Positions 26,287-32,000 of a stretch of DNA of 32,000 bases are shown here, piece after piece. Under the pieces are notes generated by a model. It was not told the DNA's origin. It saw nothing but the letters and a program-made list of their open reading frames with translations, and ran no database searches. The stretch lies in the NCBI GenBank assembly GCA_054661495.1, contig BAAFSQ010000078.1:7664-39663 (forward strand), written 5' to 3'. Every line of letters starts with the position of its first letter. The first letter of the stretch is position 1. This DNA is from Zygophlyctis sp. KS116. Lineage: Eukaryota > Fungi > Chytridiomycota. The translations under genes were made by a program, and so were the position numbers.

Positions 26287-27116
26287 ATGAACTTGTCCAA
26301 GAGGAGAGGGCGCAAAGGGGATGGTAGTCTAATTATTCCAGATAAACCAGCGCCATGGAGTCTTCATGTAAGCTCATCATGGGTATTTCCATTCTTTGTG
26401 AATGAGGCAAAATTAGACGCACTCTTGAAATCTAGCAAAGAGAAGCCATCAATGTACACTACAGGGATTGGTAAATATTGCATGCAATGATGCATCAGGT
26501 AGTGCTATGATTATTCGATACGGGGATTCACCGGCTGGTGCATATGATGAATTATTGATTGCGTTGCCTGTAAAGACGCCCGTCCTGAAAAAAGAGTTTA
26601 TCGCTCCCAGAACAATTCCATTGATATACGTTTCAGCAGAATCAAGTCTGAGAAATGGAAGGAAAAATTGGGGAATCAGAAAGGAAATGGCTAATTTTGA
26701 ATTTTCAGAGACTACTTCTTGGCTAGCTACAACCACATCCGTAAAAATTACTGATCGTTACACAGGGGAATACTTATTGGAAGCTTCATTCAAAAGGTAT
26801 ATTGGTAAAATAATTTATTCAAGTATCAATTTTTCGATTCCTTTTCACTTGGGATTATTGGGCAGAGTTATACCAGTAATAGTTGAAAGAAGTATTGACG
26901 AAGAGGGAAATCTCTTAGGAAACCAATGGCTTCTAACACGTTTGGCTGGTTATGGTAAATGTTTTTAGTCTAAAGAAAGGTTGGGGACGCATATGTTATG
27001 TTATCGCCGATAAGGGTAGGAATCGTTGCTCATTGAGTGATTTGAGGGCATCTATCGGAGTTGGACTTGATGGAGTTTTACAATTTCCAATCCCTTCTCG
27101 TAAATTACTTCAATAA
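26287..27116 (+). CDS. Acetoacetate decarboxylase-like (ADC superfamily) protein, about 249 aa
   Basis: PAPWSL, IIRYGDSPAGAYDEL and IYVS..SS.RNGRKNWGIRKEMANF. Introns 26471-26498, 26797-26823 and 26955-26979. Confidence 0.82.
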
Positions 27117-27178
27117 AGGTTCAAAATCTATTTTATATTCCCAAGTTCTTCTTTTCTATGGATCCCATAATCCTGTCT

Positions 27179-28117
27179 TTAGAAAAGATGGGTAGTTTCA
27201 GTAGGCAGAGTCACATATCTAAAGGATTGGGCTTGTTTGGACGGTGTGGATGTACTATTTTGAATGGCAAAAGCCTCATCTTTTACTGCACCATTATTCT
27301 CTTTTTTAACCTTTTCTCTATGAGTATCATTCCCAGAAAGCGTATAATCTCTATTGAATTTGCGATTCCAACTTTTCTTTAGAGATCGTTTCTTCTTGAT
27401 TATAACCTATTGTATTACAACCTTTCATTTTCTTACTTTCTTTAAGCGATTACGGGTCCCATTATGTTTTCTTACTCCATCAAAATGGTTTACCTTGGTG
27501 TGGTGGTGACCAGCATGAGAAACTTTTCCCAAATCAGTAGGGGACTTATCTAGATTTGAATGCCTTAAAATAGGAGCACTTCTATTAGAAACCGTAGAAG
27601 CATTGTCAGCCAAAGCAGTCTTACCAGCTCTTAGAACAGTATCCTTCACATTATTTGGTAATCCCCCCTTTCCTACGAGATCATAAGTGGGCGCTGGAGT
27701 CATTCTTGAAGGAGATCCACCAGAGCACGAAGAAGAAGCTGGCAACAATTTATCAGTACTTGAATGCTTCGTTGCTGTGGCAGGATATTGCGAGGGGATT
27801 CGATAATCAATCGATGGCATAGAAGAAATGGTTTTAGATTCTAAATTCCATTTAGAAGAAGAAGGCGACAATTTAGACTGGGCAGAAGTTGAGGTGCTTT
27901 GAGAAGCTTTAGTCATTACTTTAAAAATGTACGACCCAGAAGATTCGCCAGAACTAGAAGTCTGGTAAGATTTTGGAGAACTCGTAGATACAGAGGTAGA
28001 AGCACTAGTTACAGGAAGCTGCATATTAGTGGGTTTAGTCACTGAAGACAAAATATAAGAGCCACGACAATTGATAGCCAAAAATGAGATGATCACAACC
28101 GCTGAAAGATATTTCAT
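27179..28117 (-). CDS. Secreted Ser/Thr-rich low-complexity protein with a basic C-terminal region, about 302 aa
   Basis: Signal peptide MKYLSAVVIISFLAINCRG. A 30-nt intron at 27407-27436 extends the ORF to TAA at 27179-27181; this 3' exon is less certain. Confidence 0.65.
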
Positions 28118-28247
28118 TAGAAAAAAAACTGCCGCAAGCGTATTTATGCTTTATAAGATCTTTGAGGTGACCGTCTTTCTTTCAGATTCTTTGAAATACC
28201 ACAATCTAAGACGCATATTTTAACCTAAATAATTTGAATGAATGCGC

Positions 28248-29301
28248 TCAGTCTATGACAACAATATGAGGAGTTCTTTCAATCTGTTGACCAGTTTTAG
28301 CCTTTCTATTATTTCCGTCAAATATAAATAAATCCTCTTTCCTTTCTCTTTCAAGGAATTCTTTACTTTCATCAGACTCTTTTAAATCGTGAATGACGAA
28401 ATCATCTCTTTCAAAACCATCAACCACTATCAAATCCCATTCATCTGCTTCTGAACTAGGGCCTTCATCATCAAAACATTTCTACTCATTAGTTTTAAAA
28501 AATACATTCAATGACGTGGAAGTTGGATTTGAATTCACCCGTGCGAGTGCAGCATTAAGTCTCAATTCATTTCCTCGTTTAGACTGTGCAACTCTAGGTT
28601 TCCCTTTTATAACTTTTCCTCCAGTAAGCTTTAATCTCTTATCTAGATCTATGCCAATCTTTACTCCTTCTCCTGCTGCAGAAAACCTTTTGGGGATTGA
28701 TCTCATCCTTGCCTTGATCTGAGTTTTTGCCTTTTTAAATCTCTTAAAAATCCCTCCACATACTTGAAGTGGTAATAAATCAAAAGAAAAACTTTGATCA
28801 CCAGATCCTTTTAGTATTTTACCTCTCCCCCAGAATCCTTCTCCGGTATATCCTTTTTGGATCAATCCCTGCATTTGATCCTTGTACAAGGCCAATGTAC
28901 TCCAAAAAGAACGACCGTGATGCATGTTAGTACAATGAGAAAGTTCATGAAGCAATACTGACAATATAAAAGTTTCTGGAAGCCATTCCCCTGATCATAA
29001 TTAGATCATTTGCATTACCGGTAGAATTCCGTAAAACCAACTCAATTAATTCCCCAGCATTGAAATTCTGTCCCAGAAATCGACCATTATATCTACATTC
29101 AGCCAATGATTTCACTATTAGCCCATTTTGCTTCATGATTGGAAAAACTATCTATTATTTGGCAAAAATGGCAATTACTGCAGCTAATCGGTTCAATGTT
29201 TGGGTCGCTACTTCAACATCGGTGGGAATAGCTTTGGTCAATGGCTTTATAAAATAAATCAGTGGATTCGGATGTCTTCCATTATCATTCAATCTAATCA
29301 T
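28248..29301 (-). CDS. WSS1: WLM-family metalloprotease, Wss1-like, 324 aa
   Basis: RLN...PNPLIYFI start, LGQNFNAG.LIELVLR, HELSH..NMHH...FW, SHP-like FSAAGEGVKIG, VIM-like ELRLNAALAR and terminal SIM-like IVVID. Introns 29152-29178, 28991-29018 and 28482-28505. Confidence 0.88.
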
Positions 29302-29332
29302 TTTACTCAGTAAAAACTACAAACGGCAAGGA

Positions 29333-29689
29333 TCAGGCATATATCGGCAGATATTCATCATTAACTGATCCAGGAATAGATGATGCAGATGGGGAGGTAA
29401 TGCTCCAAGTTTGAATTGTAGTGATCTCATCAAATGTCACTATATTTGCTGATCTATTATAACTGTAAGACTCGGGAATCGCCAAAGGAGACAATGTTGT
29501 AGATATCTTACTGGTCTTTGATTTTGATGCAGAGGCCATATCAATGCTTGAGTATTTCTTAAAATTTGAAGCCATAGTTTCATTATAATCATGTTCTTGA
29601 TTGCATGTTTTATTTTGAGTCCGAACACCAACATGAACTGGGATTGCAACAAGATATTGGAATAGGATCATCAACAGTATTGTTTGCAT
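29333..29689 (-). CDS. Small secreted S/T-rich protein, 118 aa, intronless
   Basis: AAAAATG start context, signal peptide MQTILLMILFQYLVAIP, and N-glycosylation sequons NKT, NET and NRS. Confidence 0.65.
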   Translation of the reverse strand: MQTILLMILFQYLVAIPVHVGVRTQNKTCNQEHDYNETMASNFKKYSSIDMASASKSKTSKISTTLSPLAIPESYSYNRSANIVTFDEITTIQTWSITSPSASSIPGSVNDEYLPIYA

Positions 29690-29804
29690 TTTTCAAGGTA
29701 TGATCATTGAGATTTTCGATTCCTTTGTCATTGCTCGGTCTCTCAATGATCAAGCAGGACTGAATGAGCTCAGATCAAAAGCGATTTTAGTCTATTATTT
29801 TAAA

Positions 29805-30506
29805 TTACTGAATAAAAAGAAGAAAGATGCACAAAGTGAAAAGGTCTGATAAATTTGAAAATCTTGATAAAAGTGCTGAACTGATCAAAATATCATCACA
29901 CGTTTCTTCATCTAAGCAATTCGAAATGTTAGTTGTTTCATTCGGTAAAATAGCTTCTGGCACAGTGTCATCCTCATTAGCTGTAACGGCAATTTGAGTA
30001 GTTTTTTCTGGCATGTACTTGGTAGAAGCTGCTGTAGCATTTTCCGGGTGCTTCGTGGTAGATGATGCTGTAGCATTTTCCGGGTGCTTCGTGGTAGATG
30101 ATGGTGTAGCATTTTCCGGGTACTTCGTGGTAGATGATGGTGTAGTATTGCTAGACTTATAAGTAATTGAAGTAGCTGTAGACTTATAAGAAGTGGTAGT
30201 TTTACTAGACTTATAAGTGTTAGTAGTAGTTTTCCTAGACTTGTACTTGGTGGTAGTAGTTTTAGTCTTTTTAGCTTTCTTTGAACGATTAGATGTTGCA
30301 TAAGTAGAAGTTCTTGTGGTAGACTTTGCCGGCGGATAAAGTGGGGAAGGACTAGGGGCTGGGGACGGATGATTTGGGTTCTTTCCGCTGTTTTTTGATT
30401 TGGGTGGTTTGTGAAATGAATCCAAAATATCTTGAATTGGATTTCCTGCGACATTTAGAGACAATATTGAAGCAGCAACCATATAGAGAAGAGTCATTTT
30501 AACCAT
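29805..30506 (-). CDS. Predicted GPI-anchored or cell-surface Thr/Ser/Lys-rich repeat protein, 233 aa
   Basis: Signal peptide, a Pro-rich segment, internal repeats, and a hydrophobic C-terminal tail (SSALL...LFTLCIFLLFIQ). Confidence 0.78.
   Translation of the reverse strand: MVKMTLLYMVAASILSLNVAGNPIQDILDSFHKPPKSKNSGKNPNHPSPAPSPSPLYPPAKSTTRTSTYATSNRSKKAKKTKTTTTKYKSRKTTTNTYKSSKTTTSYKSTATSITYKSSNTTPSSTTKYPENATPSSTTKHPENATASSTTKHPENATAASTKYMPEKTTQIAVTANEDDTVPEAILPNETTNISNCLDEETCDDILISSALLSRFSNLSDLFTLCIFLLFIQ
30033..30145. repeat. 36-nt coding minisatellite x3 (TPSSTTKHPENA)
   Basis: Units at 30033, 30069 and 30105 differ at only 1-2 positions. Confidence 0.95.
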
Positions 30507-30726
30507 TTTTCTTTTTTAATTTAGATGGTGCAATTTCCAAATCTATTTTTGGATGTGCAGTTTATTTTTAGATCTGCATTCTATTTTTAGTCGTATCATG
30601 AGGGCGTAAAATTGCGACACCGCTTAAATCCCAGAATACTTTCTGATTCGTATCATTGATTTGACAATGTAATAAGTAAATAAACCATTATATCCAAATC
30701 GCCAACAATTATCGGCGATATCCACG

Positions 30727-31363
30727 ATGACCGAAGATGCGATAGTTTCTCTAAAGTTTGTACTTTTAGGCCAAGAAGGTGTCGGAAAAACATCTATCAT
30801 CAGAAAGTTCTGCATGAATGAGCACCTGAAATCTGAATATAACCCAACTGTCGGCATGGATATTTACACCAGAACGATTACAATAGGTAATATTTTAAAT
30901 TAATTTTAGATGATATCAATGTTAATCTAAACATATATGATGTCAATGGAAGAGTATGTGATTGCCGTAATTTACCAAACTTATTATGTAATAGCGATGC
31001 TCTTATTTTTGTGTATGATGTGAACCATGTTGGAAGTTTTGAAAGTCTTCAGGATTGGATCAAGGCTGCCAAGTTCTACTCATCTTCTCCACTCATGGTC
31101 CTTGTTGGACATAAAATTGATCTTTTGCGTAATGTTTCTATCGATGATCAAGTCAACGCATCAAAAGATTATCAGATTGTATTTTATACTGAAGTTTCCA
31201 GTTTTTCAGAATCAATTAATACTGCGTTTGTCCGGATCGCTTCCGAAATTCTCGCTAAACAGGAAGACTCTAGTGTAATCTACAAAAGTATTTATATTAG
31301 ATCACTATGCCTAAAATTACTCAAGATCAGAGACAAGTTTCTACTCGTTGCTTACTACTGTAG
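30727..31363 (+). CDS. Divergent Rab28-like small GTPase ending in CaaX (CLLL), 195 aa
   Basis: GQEGVGKT, YNPTVGMD, 'RTITIDDINVNLNIYDVNG' and LVGHKIDL. Introns 30887-30909 and 31275-31300 give the C-terminus QRQVSTRCLLL*. Confidence 0.75.
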
Positions 31364-31388
31364 TCACGTGTTGGAATTGTTTACTCTA

Positions 31389-31721
31389 ATGTCGAATACA
31401 AAAAAGGATATATTTGTAACAAAGACTTCTAGTTCTAGTATTTTTGAGTCTGATAGAGACATCTTCAATAGACCACCAAAAAATCTATCAGAATATAGAC
31501 TAGAATTGATAGATCATCCAAAATCAGGAAATCAAAGTGTCCGATCTTCATTTAGTAAAATCTCACAGGGAAGATTCACTCCCAGACAATCTGTTATATC
31601 TCCTGGTACATCTTTTGGAAACTTGTTGTCCCCAAATTTTGGTCTGTCTCCTGCCTCATCAAAAGTAAAGCTGGGATCAGCAGTCTCTATTTCTAAACTC
31701 TCTAGATCGCCGGCTGGATAA
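31389..31721 (+). CDS. Possible Ser-rich ORF (MSNTKKDIF...); gene structure and even strand are unresolved
   Basis: Open frame starting 25 nt after the Rab28-like stop. I could not build a clean spliced continuation, and the antisense frame is also protein-like. Confidence 0.3.
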   Translation: MSNTKKDIFVTKTSSSSIFESDRDIFNRPPKNLSEYRLELIDHPKSGNQSVRSSFSKISQGRFTPRQSVISPGTSFGNLLSPNFGLSPASSKVKLGSAVSISKLSRSPAG

Positions 31722-32000
31722 TTATGTGCGATGTCGATAATTCCTCATGCTCATATGTGATGGGGCTTTCCGCCATATTGAGAAACCATTGACATTGACG
31801 ACTACTCAATGGCATTACGAGACAGTTTTATTCGATTCTAGAAGATTAGGAGGTACTTATATTAATCCTTTCAGATAACATGATTCTCTAAGATAGTTTT
31901 CGCTAATATTATCGTGAATGAATTTGAATATAAAAGAAAGAAATATATGGCATATTCTTTTATTCAGGATAAGGAATCAGAACCGCATATTGGTCAATAT

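Noticed and set aside
30033-30145. CRISPR array (36-nt repeats)
   Set aside because: Units abut with no spacers and encode an in-frame peptide repeat.
31389-31830. TGA-to-Trp or Sec recoding suggested by plausible TGA-interrupted frames
   Set aside because: No conserved gene needs an internal TGA, Trp is TGG throughout, and TGA terminates CFAP47, PEX3 and WSS1.

Overview
This is nuclear DNA from a very compact, AT-rich eukaryote, most likely a flagellated early-diverging (chytrid-like) fungus. That call is inferred from ciliary CFAP47 and a Rab28-like GTPase occurring together with fungal-type QCR10, WSS1 and a cytochrome b5-fused acyl-CoA dehydrogenase. The ORF track is fragmented because genes are split by tiny GT-AG introns. 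I hand-built 19 complete gene models and 1 partial one, containing 63 introns; 62 of these are 23-32 nt, and every complete spliced model gives a whole number of codons. Gene order: acyl-CoA synthetase 5' end (-), coiled-coil protein (+), ParB/SbnI-like protein (-), histidine acid phosphatase (-), CFAP47 (-), LIM protein (-), 3-hydroxybutyryl-CoA dehydrogenase (+), QCR10 (-, absent from the ORF track), PEX3 (-), AFG2 (+), Rab11 (+), b5-ACAD (-), two tandem SH3-DH-PH paralogs (+), acetoacetate decarboxylase-like (+), three secreted S/T-rich proteins with WSS1 among them (-), Rab28-like (+), and an unresolved end. The most notable items are: an operon-like CFAP47/phosphatase/ParB-like run with 8-nt and 5-nt gaps, plus a candidate GC-AG intron that would fuse the phosphatase and ParB-like protein in frame; Rab11 and ACAD stop codons that overlap; an apparently length-ruled tiny-intron system with one hairpin-containing 76-nt outlier; and an orphan B-box/tRNA-3'-half element next to a stem-loop. 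All splicing is inferred from sequence alone, with no transcript data or database searches.
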